From: the human T2T-CHM13v2.0 reference genome, Homo sapiens
Reading direction: 5' to 3' (one strand)
Length of the DNA: 64,000 nt
Assembly (NCBI RefSeq): GCF_009914755.1
Contig: NC_060929.1
Shown here: piece by piece, positions 42,901 through 55,960 of the stretch
Position numbering within the stretch: the first letter of the stretch is position 1
Layout: each line of letters begins with the position of its first letter
Notes under the pieces: model-generated
Told to the model about the DNA's origin: nothing
What the model saw: the letters and a program-made list of their open reading frames with translations, nothing else
Databases searched by the model: none
Made by a program: the position numbers and the translations under genes

Positions 42901-43307
42901 GTTGTGTGTGTTCAACTCACAGAGTTGAACTTTGATTTACACAGAGCAGATTTGAAACACTCTTTTTGTGGAATTTGCAAGTGGAGATTTCAAGCGCTTT
43001 GTGGCCAAAGGCAGAAAAGGAAATATCTTCGTATAAAAACTAGACAGAATCATTCTCAGAAACTGCTCTGCGATGTGTGCGTTCAACTCTCAGAGTTTAA
43101 CTTTTCTTTTCATTCAGCAGTTTGGAAACACTCTGTTTGTAAAGTCTGCACGTGGATATTTTGACCACTTAGAGGCCTTCGTTGGAAACGGGTTTTTTTC
43201 CTGTAAGGCTAGACAGAAGAATTCCCAGTAACTTCCTTGTGTTGTATACATTCAACTCACAGAGTTGAACGTTCCCTTAGACAGAGCAGATTTGAAACAC
43301 TCTTTTT
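39910..43307 (+). repeat. Atypical 20-mer containing a D/B chimeric dimer: A-B-C-D-C-D-C-(D/B)-C-D
   Basis: The dimer at ~42245-42585 begins as D (aactttcatt, gaggccaaaggcag) and continues as B (atgattctcagaaacttcttt, aaactctgc, gggatttcttcatactgtgc). Confidence 0.85.
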
Positions 43308-46025
43308 GTGCAATTGGCAAGTGGAGATTTCAAGCGCTTTGAGGTCAATGGCAGAAAAGGAAATATCTTCGTTTCAAAACTAGACAGAATCATTCCCACA
43401 AACTGCGTTGTGATGTGTTCGTTCAACTCACAGAGTTTAACCTTTCTTTTCATAGAGCAGTTAGGAAACAGTCTGTTTGAAAATTCTGTAAGTGGATATT
43501 CTGACATCTTGTGGCCTTCGTTGGAAACGGGATTTCTTCATATTCTGCTAGACAGAAGAAATCTCAGAATCTTCCTTGTGTTGTGTGTATTCAACTCACA
43601 GAGTTGAACGATAGTTTACACAGAGCAGATTTGAAACACTCATTTGGTGGAATTTGCAAGTGGAGATTTCAGCCGCTTTGAGGTCAATGGTAGAAAAGGA
43701 AATATCTTCGTATAACAACTAGACAGAATGATTCTCAGAAACTTCTTTGTGATGTGTGTGTTCAACTCACAGTGTTTAACCTTTCTTTTCATAGAGCAGT
43801 TAGGAAACACTGTGTTTTTAAACTCTGCAAGTGGATATTCAGACCTCTTTGAGGCCTTCGTTGGAAACGGGTTTCTTCATACTGTGCTAGACAGAAGAAT
43901 TCTCAGTAACTTCCTTGTGTTGTGTGTATTCAACTCACAGAGTTGACCGATCCTTTACACAGAGCAGACTTGAAACACTCTTTTTGTGGAATTTGCAAGT
44001 GGAGATTTCAGCCGCGTTGAGGTCAATGGTAGAAAAGGAAATATCTTCGTATAAAAACTAGACAGAATGATTCTCAGAAACTCCTTTGTGATGTGTGTGT
44101 TCAACTCACAGAGTTTAACATTTCTTTTCATAGAGCAGTTAGGAAACACTCTGTTTGTAAAGTCTGCAAGTGGATATTCAGACCTCTTTGAGGCCTTCGT
44201 TGGAAACGGGTTTTTTTCATATAAGGCTAGACAGAAGAATTCCCAGTAACTTCCTTGTGTTGTGTGTGTTCAACTCACAGAGTTGAACTTTCATTTACAC
44301 AGAGCAGATTTGAAACACTCTTTTTGTGGAATTTGCAGGTGGAGATTTCAAGCGCTTTGAGGCCAAAGGCAGAAAAGGAAATATCTTCGTATAAAAACTA
44401 GACAGAATCATTCTCAGAAACTGCTCTGCGATGTGTGCGTTCAACTCTCAGAGTTTAACTTTTCTTATCATTCAGCAGTTTGGAAACACTCTGTTTGTAA
44501 AGTCTGCACGTGGATAATTTGACCACTTAGAGGCCTTCCTTGGAAACGGGTTTTTTTCATGTAAGGCTAGACAGACGAATTCTCAGTAACTTCCTTGTGT
44601 TGTGTGTATTCAACTCACAGAGTTGAACGATCCTTTACACAGAGCAGACTTGTAACACTCTTTTTGTGGAATTTGCAAGTGGAGATTTCAGCCCCTTTGA
44701 AGTCAAAGGTAGAAAAGGAAATATCTTCCTATAAAAACTAGACAGAATGATTCTCAGAAACTCCTTTGTGATGTGTACGTTCAACTCACAGAGTTTAACC
44801 TGTCTTTTCATAGAGCAGTTAGGAAACACTCTGTTTGTAAAGTCTGCAAGTGGATATTGAGACCTCTTTGAGGCCTTCGTTGGAAACGGGTTTTTTTCAT
44901 ATAAGGCTAGACAGAAGGATTCCCAGTAACTTCCTTGTGTTGTGTGTGTTCAACTCACAGAGTTGAACTTTCATTTACAAAGAGCATATTTGAAACACTC
45001 TTTTTGTGGAATTTGCAAGTGGAGATTTCAAGCGCTTTGAGGCCAAAGGCAGAAAAGGAAATATCTTCGTATAAAAACTAGACAGAATCATTCTCAGAAA
45101 CTGCTCTGCGATGTGTGCGTTCAACTCTCAGAGTTTAACTTTTCTTTTCATTCAGCAGTTTGGAAACACTCTGTTTGTAAAGTCTGCACGTGGATAATTT
45201 GACCACTTAGAGGCCTTCGTTGGAAACGGGTTTTTTTCATGTAAGGCTAGACAGAAGAATTCTCAGTAACTTCCTTGTGTTGTGTGTATTCAACTCACAG
45301 AGTTGAACGATCCTTTCCACAGAGCAGACTTGTAACACTCTTTTTGTGGAATTTGCAAGTGGAGATTTCAGCCGCTTTGAAGTCAAAGGTAGAAAAGGAA
45401 ATATCTTCCTATAAAAACTAGACAGAATGATTCTCAGAAACTCCTTTGTGATGTGTGCATTCAACTCACAGAGTTTAACCTTTCTTTTCATAGAGCAGTT
45501 AGGAAACACTCTGCTTGTAAAGTCTGCAAGTGGATATTCAGCCCTCTTTGAGGCCTTCGTTGGAAACGGGTTTTTTTCATATAAGGGTAGACAGAAGAAT
45601 TCCCAGTAACTTCCTTGTGTTGTGTGTGTTCAACTCACAGAGTTGAACTTTCATTTACACAGAGCAGATTTGAAACACTCTTTTTGTGGAATTTGCAGGT
45701 GGAGATTTCAAGCGCTTTGAGGCCAAAGGCAGAAAAGGAAATATCTTCGTATAAAAACTAGACAGAATCATTCTCAGAAACTGCTCTGCGATGTGTGCGT
45801 TCAACTCTCAGAGTTTAACTTTTCTTATCATTCAGCAGTTTGGAAACACTCTGTTTGTAAAGTCTGCACGTGGATAATTTGACCACTTAGAGGCCTTCGT
45901 TGGAAACGGGTTTTTTTCCTGTAAGGCTAGACAGAAGAATTCCCAGTAACTTCCTTGTGTTGTGTACATTCAACTCACAGAGTTGAACGTTCCCTTAGAC
46001 AGAGCAGATTTGAAACACTCTTTTT

Positions 46026-48403
46026 GTGCAATTGGCAAGTGGAGATTTCAAGCGCTTTAAGGTCAATGGCAGAAAAGGAAATATCTTCGTTTCAAAACTA
46101 GACAGAATCATTCCCAAAAACTGCGTTGTGATGTGTTCGTTCATCTCACAGAGTTTAACCTTTCTTTTCATAGAGCAGTTAGGAAACACTCTGTTTGTAA
46201 ATTCTGTAAGTGGATATTCTGACATCTTGTGGCCTTCGTTGGAAACGGGATTTCTTCATATTCTGCTAGACAGAAGAATTCTCAGAATCTTCCTTGTGTT
46301 GTGTGTATTCAACTCACACAGTTGAACGATGGTTTACACAGAGCAGATTTGAAACACTCTTTTTGTGGAATTTGCAAGTGGAGATTTCAGCCGCTTTGAG
46401 GTCAATGGTAGAAAAGGAAATATCTTCGTATAACAACTAGACAGAATGATTCTCAGAAACTTCTTTGTGATGTGTGCGTTCAACTCACAGAGTTTAACCT
46501 TTCTTTTCATAGAGCAGTTAGGAAACACTCTGTTTGTAAACTCTGCAAGTGGATATTCAGACCTCTTTGAGGCCTTCGTTGGAAACCGGATTTCTTCATA
46601 CTGTGCTAGACAGAAGAATTCTCAGTAACTTCCTTGTGTTGTGTGTATTCAACTCACAGAGTTGAACGATCCTTTACACAGAGCAGACTTGGAACACTCT
46701 TTTTGTGGAATTTGCAAGTGGAGATTTCAGCCGCGTTGAGGTCAATGGTAGAAAAGGAAATATCTTCGTATAAAAACTAGACAGAATGATTCTCAGAAAC
46801 TCCTTTGAGATGTGTGTGTTCAACTCACAGAGTTTAACCTTTCTTTTCATAAAGCAGTTAGGAATCACTCTGTTTGTAAAGTCTGCAAGTGGATATTCAG
46901 ACCTCTTTGAGGCCTTCGTTGGAAACGGGTTTTTTTCATATAAGGCTAGACAGAAGAATTCCCAGTAACTTCCTTGTGTTGTGTGTGTTCAACTCACAGA
47001 GTTGAACTTTCATTTACACAGAGCAGATTTGAAACACTCTTTTTGTGGAATTTGCAAATGGAGATTTCAAGCGCTTTGAGGCCAAAGGCAGAAAAGGAAA
47101 TATCTTCGTATAAAAACTAGACAGAATCATTCTCAGAAACTGCTCTGCGATGTGTGCGTTCAACTCTCAGAGTTTAACTTTGCTTTTCATTCAGCAGTTT
47201 GGAAACACTCTGTTTGTAAAGTCTGCACGTGGATAATTTGACCACTTAGAGGCCTTCGTTGGAAACGGGTTTTTTTCATGTAAGGCTAGACAGAAGAATT
47301 CTCAGTAACTTCCTTGTGTTGTGTGTATTCAACTCACAGAGTTGAACGATCCTTTACACAGAGCAGACTTGTAACACTCTTTTTGTGGAATTTGCAAGTG
47401 GAGATTTCAGCCGCTTTGAAGTCAAATGTAGAAAAGGAAATATCTTCCTATAAAAACTAGACAGAATGATTCTCAGAAACTCCTTTGTGATGTGTGCGTT
47501 CAACTCACAGAGTTTAACCTTTCTTTTCATAGAGCAGTTACGAAACACTGTGTTTTTAAACTCTGCAAGTGGATATTCAGACCTCTTTGAGGCCTTCGTT
47601 GGAAACGGGTTTCTTCATACTGTGCTAGACAGAAGAATTCTCAGTAACTTCCTTGTGTTGTGTGTATTCAACTCACAGAGTTGAACGATCCTTTACACAG
47701 AGCAGACTTGAAACACTCTTTTTGTGGAATTTGCAAGTGGAGATTTCAGCCGCGTTGAGGTCAATGGTAGAAAAGGAAATATCTTCGTATAAAAACTAGA
47801 CAGAATGATTCTCAGAAACTCCTTTGTGATGTGTGTGTTCAACTCACAGAGTTTAACATTTCTTTTCATAGAGCAGTTAGGAAACACTCTGTTTGTAAAG
47901 TCTGCAAGTGGATATTCAGACCTCTTTGAGGCCTTCGTTGGAAACGGGTTTTTTTCATATAAGGCTAGACAGAAGAATTCCCAGTAACTTCCTTGTGTTG
48001 TGTGTGTTCAACTCACAGAGTTGAACTTTCATTTACACAGAGCAGATTTGAAACACTCTTTTTGTGGAATTTGCAGGTGGAGATTTCAAGTGCTTTGAGG
48101 CCAAAGGCAGAAAAGGAAATATCTTCGTATAAAAACTAGACAGAATCATTCTCAGAAACTGCTCTGCGATGTGTGCGTTCAACTCTCAGAGTTTAACTTT
48201 TCTTATCATTCAGCAGTTTGGAAACACTCTGTTTGTAAAGTCTGCACGTGGATAATTTGACCACTTAGAGGCCTTCGTTGGAAACGGGTTTTTTTCCTGT
48301 AAGGCTAGACAGAAGAATTCCCAGTAACTTCCTTGTGTTGTGTACATTCAACTCACAGAGTTGAACGTTCCCTTAGACAGAGCAGATTTGAAACACTCTT
48401 TTT
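46026..48403 (+). repeat. 14-mer structural variant A-B-C-D-(C/B chimera)-C-D, 2378 bp
   Basis: Marker spacing is 2378 bp, with a chimeric dimer at ~47341-47680. Confidence 0.85.
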
Positions 48404-49159
48404 GTGCAATTGGCAAGTGGAGATTTCAAGCGCTTTAAGGTCAATGGCAGAAAAGGAAATATCTTCGTTTCAAAACTAGACAGAATCATTCCCAAAAACT
48501 GCGTTGTGATGTGTTCGTTCATCTCACAGAGTTTAACCTTTCTTTTCATAGAGCAGTTAGGAAACACTCTGTTTGTAAATTCTGTAAGTGGATATTCTGA
48601 CATCTTGTGGCCTTCGTTGGAAACGGGATTTCTTCATATTCTGCTAGACAGAAGAATTCTCAGAATCTTCCTTGTGTTGTGTGTATTCAACTCACACAGT
48701 TGAACGATGGTTTACACAGAGCAGATTTGAAACACTCTTTTTGTGGAATTTGCAAGTGGAGATTTCAGCCGCTTTGAGGTCAATGGTAGAAAAGGAAATA
48801 TCTTCGTATAACAACTAGACAGAATGATTCTCAGAAACTTCTTTGTGATGTGTGCGTTCAACTCACAGAGTTTAACCTTTCTTTTCATAGAGCAGTTAGG
48901 AAACACTCTGTTTGTAAACTCTGCAAGTGGATATTCAGACCTCTTTGAGGCCTTCGTTGGAAACGGGATTTCTTCATACTGTGCTAGACAGAAGAATTCT
49001 CAGTAACTTCCTTGTGTTGTGTGTATTCAACTCACAGAGTTGAACGATCCTTTACACAGAGCAGACTTGGAACACTCTTTTTGTGGAATTTGCAAGTGGA
49101 GATTTCAGCCGCGTTGAGGTCAATGGTAGAAAAGGAAATATCTTCGTATAAAAACTAGA

Positions 49160-52100
49160 CAGAATGATTCTCAGAAACTCCTTTGAGATGTGTGTGTTCA
49201 ACTCACAGAGTTTAACCTTTCTTTTCATAGAGCAGTTAGGAATCACTCTGTTTGTAAAGTCTGCAAGTGGATATTCAGACCTCTTTGAGGCCTTCGTTGG
49301 AAACGGGTTTTTTTCATATAAGGCTAGACAGCAGAATTCCCAGTAACTTCCTTGTGTTGTGTGTGTTCAACTCACAGAGTTGAACTTTCATTTACACAGA
49401 GCAGATTTGAAACACTCTTTTTGTGGAATTTGCAAGTGGAGATTTCAAGCGCTGTGAGGCCAAAGGCAGAAAAGGAAATATCTTCGTATAAAAACTAGAC
49501 AGAATCATTCTCAGAAACTGCTCTGCGATGTGTGCGTTCAACTCTCAGAGTTTAACTTTTCTTTTCATTCAGCAGTTTGGAAACACTCTGTTTGTAAAGT
49601 CTGCACGTGGATAATTTGACCACTTAGAGGCCTTCGTTGGAAACGGGTTTTTTTCATGTAAGGCTAGACAGAAGAATTCTCAGTAACTTCCTTGTGTTGT
49701 GTGTATTCAACTCACACAGTTGAACGATCCTTTACACAGAGCAGACTTGTAACACTCTTTTTGTGGAATTTGCAAGTGGAGATTTCAGCCGCTTTGAAGT
49801 CAAATGTAGAAAAGGAAATATCTTCCTATAAAAACTAGACAGAATGATTCTCAGAAACTCCTTTGTGATGTGTGCGTTCAACTCACAGAGTTTAACCTTT
49901 CTTTTCATAGAGCAGTTAGGAAACACTCTGTTTGTAAAGTCTGCAAGTGGATATTCAGACCTCTTTGAGGCCTTCGTTGGAAACGGGTTTTTTTCATATA
50001 AGGCTAGACAGAAGAATTCCCAGTAACTTCCTTGTGTTGTGTGTGTTCAACTCACAGAGTTGAACTTTCATTTACACAGAGCAGATTTGAAACACTCTTT
50101 TTGTGGAATTTGCAAGTGGAGATTTCAAGCGCTTTGAGGCCAAAGGCAGAAAAGGAAATATCTTCGTATAAAAACTAGACAGAATCATTCTCAGAAACTG
50201 CTCTGTGATGTGTGCGTTCAACTCTCAGAGTTTAACTTTTCTTTTCATTCAGCAGTTTGGAAACACTCTGTTTGTAAAGTCTGCACGTGGATAATTTGAC
50301 CACTTAGAGGCCTTCGTTGGAAACGGGTTTTTTTCATGTAAGGCTAGACAGAAGAGTTCTCAGTAACTTCCTTGTGTTGTGTGTATTCAACTCACACAGT
50401 TGAACGGTCCTTTACACAGAGCAGACTTGTAACACTCTTTTTGTGGAATTTGCAAGTGGAGATTTCAGCCGCTTTGAAGTCAAAGTAGAAAAGGAAATAT
50501 CTTCCTATAAAAACTAGACAGAATGATTCTCAGAAACTCCTTTGTGATGTGTGCGTTCAACTCACAGAGTTTAACCTTTCTTTTCATAGAGCAGTTAGGA
50601 AACACTCTGTTTGTAAAGTCTGCAAGTGGATATTCAGCCCTCTTTGAGGCCTTCGTTGGAAACGGGTTTTTTTCATATAAGGCTAGACAGAAGAATTCCC
50701 AGTAACTTCCTTGTGTTGTGTGTGTTCAACTCACAGAGTTGAACTTTCATTTACACAGAGCAGATTTGAAACACTCTTTTTGTGGAATTTGCAGGTGGAG
50801 ATTTCAAGCGCTTTGAGGCCAAAGGCAGAAAAGGAAATATCTTCGTATAAAAACTAGACAGAATCATTCTCAGAAACTGCTCTGCGATGTGTGCGTTCAA
50901 CTCTCAGAGTTTAACTTTTCTTTTCATTCAGCAGTTTGGAAACACTCTGTTTGTAAAGTCTGCACGTGGATATTTTGACCACTTAGAGGCCTTCGTTGGA
51001 AACGGGTTTTTTTCCTGTAAGGCTAGACAGAAGAATTCCCAGTAACTTCCTTGTGTTGTGTACATTCAACTCACAGAGTTGAACGTTCCCTTAGACAGAG
51101 CAGATTTGAAACACTCTTTTTGTGCAATTGGCAAGTGGAGATTTCAAGCGCTTTGAGGTCAATGGCAGAAAAGGAAATATCTTCGTTTCAAAACTAGACA
51201 GAATCATTCCCACAAACTGCGTTGTGATGTGTTCGTTCAACTCACAGAGTTTAACCTTTCTTTTCATAGAGCAGTTAGGAAACAGTCTGTTTGAAAATTC
51301 TGTAAGTGGATATTCTGACATCTTGTGGCCTTCGTTGGAAACGGGATTTCTTCATATTCTGCTAGACAGAAGAATTCTCAGAATCTTCCTTGTGTTGTGT
51401 GTATTCAACCCACAGAGTTGAACGATAGTTTACACAGAGCAGATTTGAAACACTCATTTGGTGGAATTTGCAAGTGGAGATTTCAGCCGCTTTGAGGTCA
51501 ATGGTAGAAAAGGAAATATCTTCGTATAACAACTAGACAGAATGATTCTCAGAAACTTCTTTGTGATGTGTGTGTTCAACTCACAGTGTTTAACCTTTCT
51601 TTTCATAGAGCAGTTAGGAAACACTGTGTTTTTAAACTCTGCAAGTGGATATTCAGACCTCTTTGAGGCCTTCGTTGGAAACGGGTTTCTTCATACTGTG
51701 CTAGACAGAAGAATTCTCAGTAACTTCCTTGTGTTGTGTGTATTCAACTCACAGAGTTGAACGATCCTTTACACAGAGCAGACTTGAAACACTCTTTTTG
51801 TGGAATTTGCAAGTGGAGATTTCAGCCGCGTTGAGGTCAATGGTAGAAAAGGAAATATCTTCGTATAAAAACTAGACAGAATGATTCTCAGAAACTCCTT
51901 TGTGATGTGTGTGTTCAACTCACAGAGTTTAACATTTCTTTTCATAGAGCAGTTAGGAAACACTCTGTTTGTAAAGTCTGCAAGTGGATATTCAGACCTC
52001 TTTGAGGCCTTCGTTGGAAACGGGTTTTTTTCATATAAGGCTAGACAGAAGAATTCCCAGTAACTTCCTTGTGTTGTGTGTGTTCAACTCACAGAGTTGA

Positions 52101-55100
52101 ACTTTCATTTACACAGAGCAGATTTGAAACACTCTTTTTGTGGAATTTGCAGGTGGAGATTTCAAGCGCTTTGAGGCCAAAGGCAGAAAAGGAAATATCT
52201 TCGTATAAAAACTAGACAGAATCATTCTCAGAAACTGCTCTGCGATGTGTGCGTTCAACTCTCAGAGTTTAACTTTTCTTATCATTCAGCAGTTTGGAAA
52301 CACTCTGTTTGTAAAGTCTGCACGTGGATAATTTGACCACTTAGAGGCCTTCCTTGGAAACGGGTTTTTTTCATGTAAGGCTAGACAGAAGAGTTCTCAG
52401 TAACTTCCTTGTGTTGTGTGTATTCAACTCACAGAGTTGAACGATCCTTTACACAGAGCAGACTTGTAACACTCTTTTTGTGGAATTTGCAAGTGGAGAT
52501 TTCAGCCGCTTTGAAGTCAAAGGTAGAAAAGGAAATATCTTCCTATAAAAACTAGACAGAATGATTCTCAGAAACTCCTTTGAGATGTGTGTGTTCAACT
52601 CACAGAGTTTAACCTTTCTTTTCATAGAGCAGTTAGGAATCACTCTGTTTGTAAAGTCTGCAAGTGGATATTCAGACCTCTTTGAGGCCTTCGTTGGAAA
52701 CGGGTTTTTTTCATATAAGGCTAGACAGCAGAATTCCCAGTAACTTCCTTGTGTTGTGTGTGTTCAACTCACAGAGTTGAACTTTCATTTACACAGAGCA
52801 GATTTGAAACACTCTTTTTGTGGAATTTGCAAGTGGAGATTTCAAGCGCTGTGAGGCCAAAGGCAGAAAAGGAAATATCTTCGTATAAAAACTAGACAGA
52901 ATCATTCTCAGAAACTGCTCTGCGATGTGTGCGTTCAACTCTCAGAGTTTAACTTTTCTTTTCATTCAGCAGTTTGGAAACACTCTGTTTGTAAAGTCTG
53001 CACGTGGATAATTTGACCACTTAGAGGCCTTCGTTGGAAACGGGTTTTTTTCATGTAAGGCTAGACAGAAGAATTCTCAGTAACTTCCTTGTGTTGTGTG
53101 TATTCAACTCACACAGTTGAACGATCCTTTACACAGAGCAGACTTGTAACACTCTTTTTGTGGAATTTGCAAGTGGAGATTTCAGCCGCTTTGAAGTCAA
53201 ATGTAGAAAAGGAAATATCTTCCTATAAAAACTAGACAGAATGATTCTCAGAAACTCCTTTGTGATGTGTGCGTTCAACTCACAGAGTTTAACCTTTCTT
53301 TTCATAGAGCAGTTAGGAAACACTCTGTTTGTAAAGTCTGCAAGTGGATATTCAGACCTCTTTGAGGCCTTCGTTGGAAACGGGTTTTTTTCATATAAGG
53401 CTAGACAGAAGAATTCCCAGTAACTTCCTTGTGTTGTGTGTGTTCAACTCACAGAGTTGAACTTTCATTTACACAGAGCAGATTTGAAACACTCTTTTTG
53501 TGGAATTTGCAAGTGGAGATTTCAAGCGCTTTGAGGCCAAAGGCAGAAAAGGAAATATCTTCGTATAAAAACTAGACAGAATCATTCTCAGAAACTGCTC
53601 TGTGATGTGTGCGTTCAACTCTCAGAGTTTAACTTTTCTTTTCATTCAGCAGTTTGGAAACACTCTGTTTGTAAAGTCTGCACGTGGATAATTTGACCAC
53701 TTAGAGGCCTTCGTTGGAAACGGGTTTTTTTCATGTAAGGCTAGACAGAAGAGTTCTCAGTAACTTCCTTGTGTTGTGTGTATTCAACTCACACAGTTGA
53801 ACGGTCCTTTACACAGAGCAGACTTGTAACACTCTTTTTGTGGAATTTGCAAGTGGAGATTTCAGCCGCTTTGAAGTCAAAGTAGAAAAGGAAATATCTT
53901 CCTATAAAAACTAGACAGAATGATTCTCAGAAACTCCTTTGTGATGTGTGCGTTCAACTCACAGAGTTTAACCTTTCTTTTCATAGAGCAGTTAGGAAAC
54001 ACTCTGTTTGTAAAGTCTGCAAGTGGATATTCAGCCCTCTTTGAGGCCTTCGTTGGAAACGGGTTTTTTTCATATAAGGCTAGACAGAAGAATTCCCAGT
54101 AACTTCCTTGTGTTGTGTGTGTTCAACTCACAGAGTTGAACTTTCATTTACACAGAGCAGATTTGAAACACTCTTTTTGTGGAATTTGCAGGTGGAGATT
54201 TCAAGCGCTTTGAGGCCAAAGGCAGAAAAGGAAATATCTTCGTATAAAAACTAGACAGAATCATTCTCAGAAACTGCTCTGCGATGTGTGCGTTCAACTC
54301 TCAGAGTTTAACTTTTCTTTTCATTCAGCAGTTTGGAAACACTCTGTTTGTAAAGTCTGCACGTGGATATTTTGACCACTTAGAGGCCTTCGTTGGAAAC
54401 GGGTTTTTTTCCTGTAAGGCTAGACAGAAGAATTCCCAGTAACTTCCTTGTGTTGTGTACATTCAACTCACAGAGTTGAACGTTCCCTTAGACAGAGCAG
54501 ATTTGAAACACTCTTTTTGTGCAATTGGCAAGTGGAGATTTCAAGCGCTTTGAGGTCAATGGCAGAAAAGGAAATATCTTCGTTTCAAAACTAGACAGAA
54601 TCATTCCCACAAACTGCGTTGTGATGTGTTCGTTCAACTCACAGAGTTTAACCTTTCTTTTCATAGAGCAGTTAGGAAACAGTCTGTTTGAAAATTCTGT
54701 AAGTGGATATTCTGACATCTTGTGGCCTTCGTTGGAAACGGGATTTCTTCATATTCTGCTAGACAGAAGAATTCTCAGAATCTTCCTTGTGTTGTGTGTA
54801 TTCAACCCACAGAGTTGAACGATAGTTTACACAGAGCAGATTTGAAACACTCATTTGGTGGAATTTGCAAGTGGAGATTTCAGCCGCTTTGAGGTCAATG
54901 GTAGAAAAGGAAATATCTTCGTATAACAACTAGACAGAATGATTCTCAGAAACTTCTTTGTGATGTGTGTGTTCAACTCACAGTGTTTAACCTTTCTTTT
55001 CATAGAGCAGTTAGGAAACACTGTGTTTTTAAACTCTGCAAGTGGATATTCAGACCTCTTTGAGGCCTTCGTTGGAAACGGGTTTCTTCATACTGTGCTA

Positions 55101-55960
55101 GACAGAAGAATTCTCAGTAACTTCCTTGTGTTGTGTGTATTCAACTCACAGAGTTGAACGATCCTTTACACAGAGCAGACTTGAAACACTCTTTTTGTGG
55201 AATTTGCAAGTGGAGATTTCAGCCGCGTTGAGGTCAATGGTAGAAAAGGAAATATCTTCGTATAAAAACTAGACAGAATGATTCTCAGAAACTCCTTTGT
55301 GATGTGTGTGTTCAACTCACAGAGTTTAACATTTCTTTTCATAGAGCAGTTAGGAAACACTCTGTTTGTAAAGTCTGCAAGTGGATATTCAGACCTCTTT
55401 GAGGCCTTCGTTGGAAACGGGTTTTTTTCATATAAGGCTAGACAGAAGAATTCCCAGTAACTTCCTTGTGTTGTGTGTGTTCAACTCACAGAGTTGAACT
55501 TTCATTTACACAGAGCAGATTTGAAACACTCTTTTTGTGGAATTTGCAGGTGGAGATTTCAAGCGCTTTGAGGCCAAAGGCAGAAAAGGAAATATCTTCG
55601 TATAAAAACTAGACAGAATCATTCTCAGAAACTGCTCTGCGATGTGTGCGTTCAACTCTCAGAGTTTAACTTTTCTTATCATTCAGCAGTTTGGAAACAC
55701 TCTGTTTGTAAAGTCTGCACGTGGATAATTTGACCACTTAGAGGCCTTCCTTGGAAACGGGTTTTTTTCATGTAAGGCTAGACAGAAGAGTTCTCAGTAA
55801 CTTCCTTGTGTTGTGTGTATTCAACTCACAGAGTTGAACGATCCTTTACACAGAGCAGACTTGTAACACTCTTTTTGTGGAATTTGCAAGTGGAGATTTC
55901 AGCCGCTTTGAAGTCAAAGGTAGAAAAGGAAATATCTTCCTATAAAAACTAGACAGAATG
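49160..55960 (+). repeat. Recent 3397-bp tandem duplication
   Basis: ORF pairs 49164/52561, 49844/53241, 50523/53920, 51122/54519, 51542/54939 and 51881/55278. Shared variants: ttcaacccac, acagcagaatt and the mutated CENP-B box. Confidence 0.85.
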
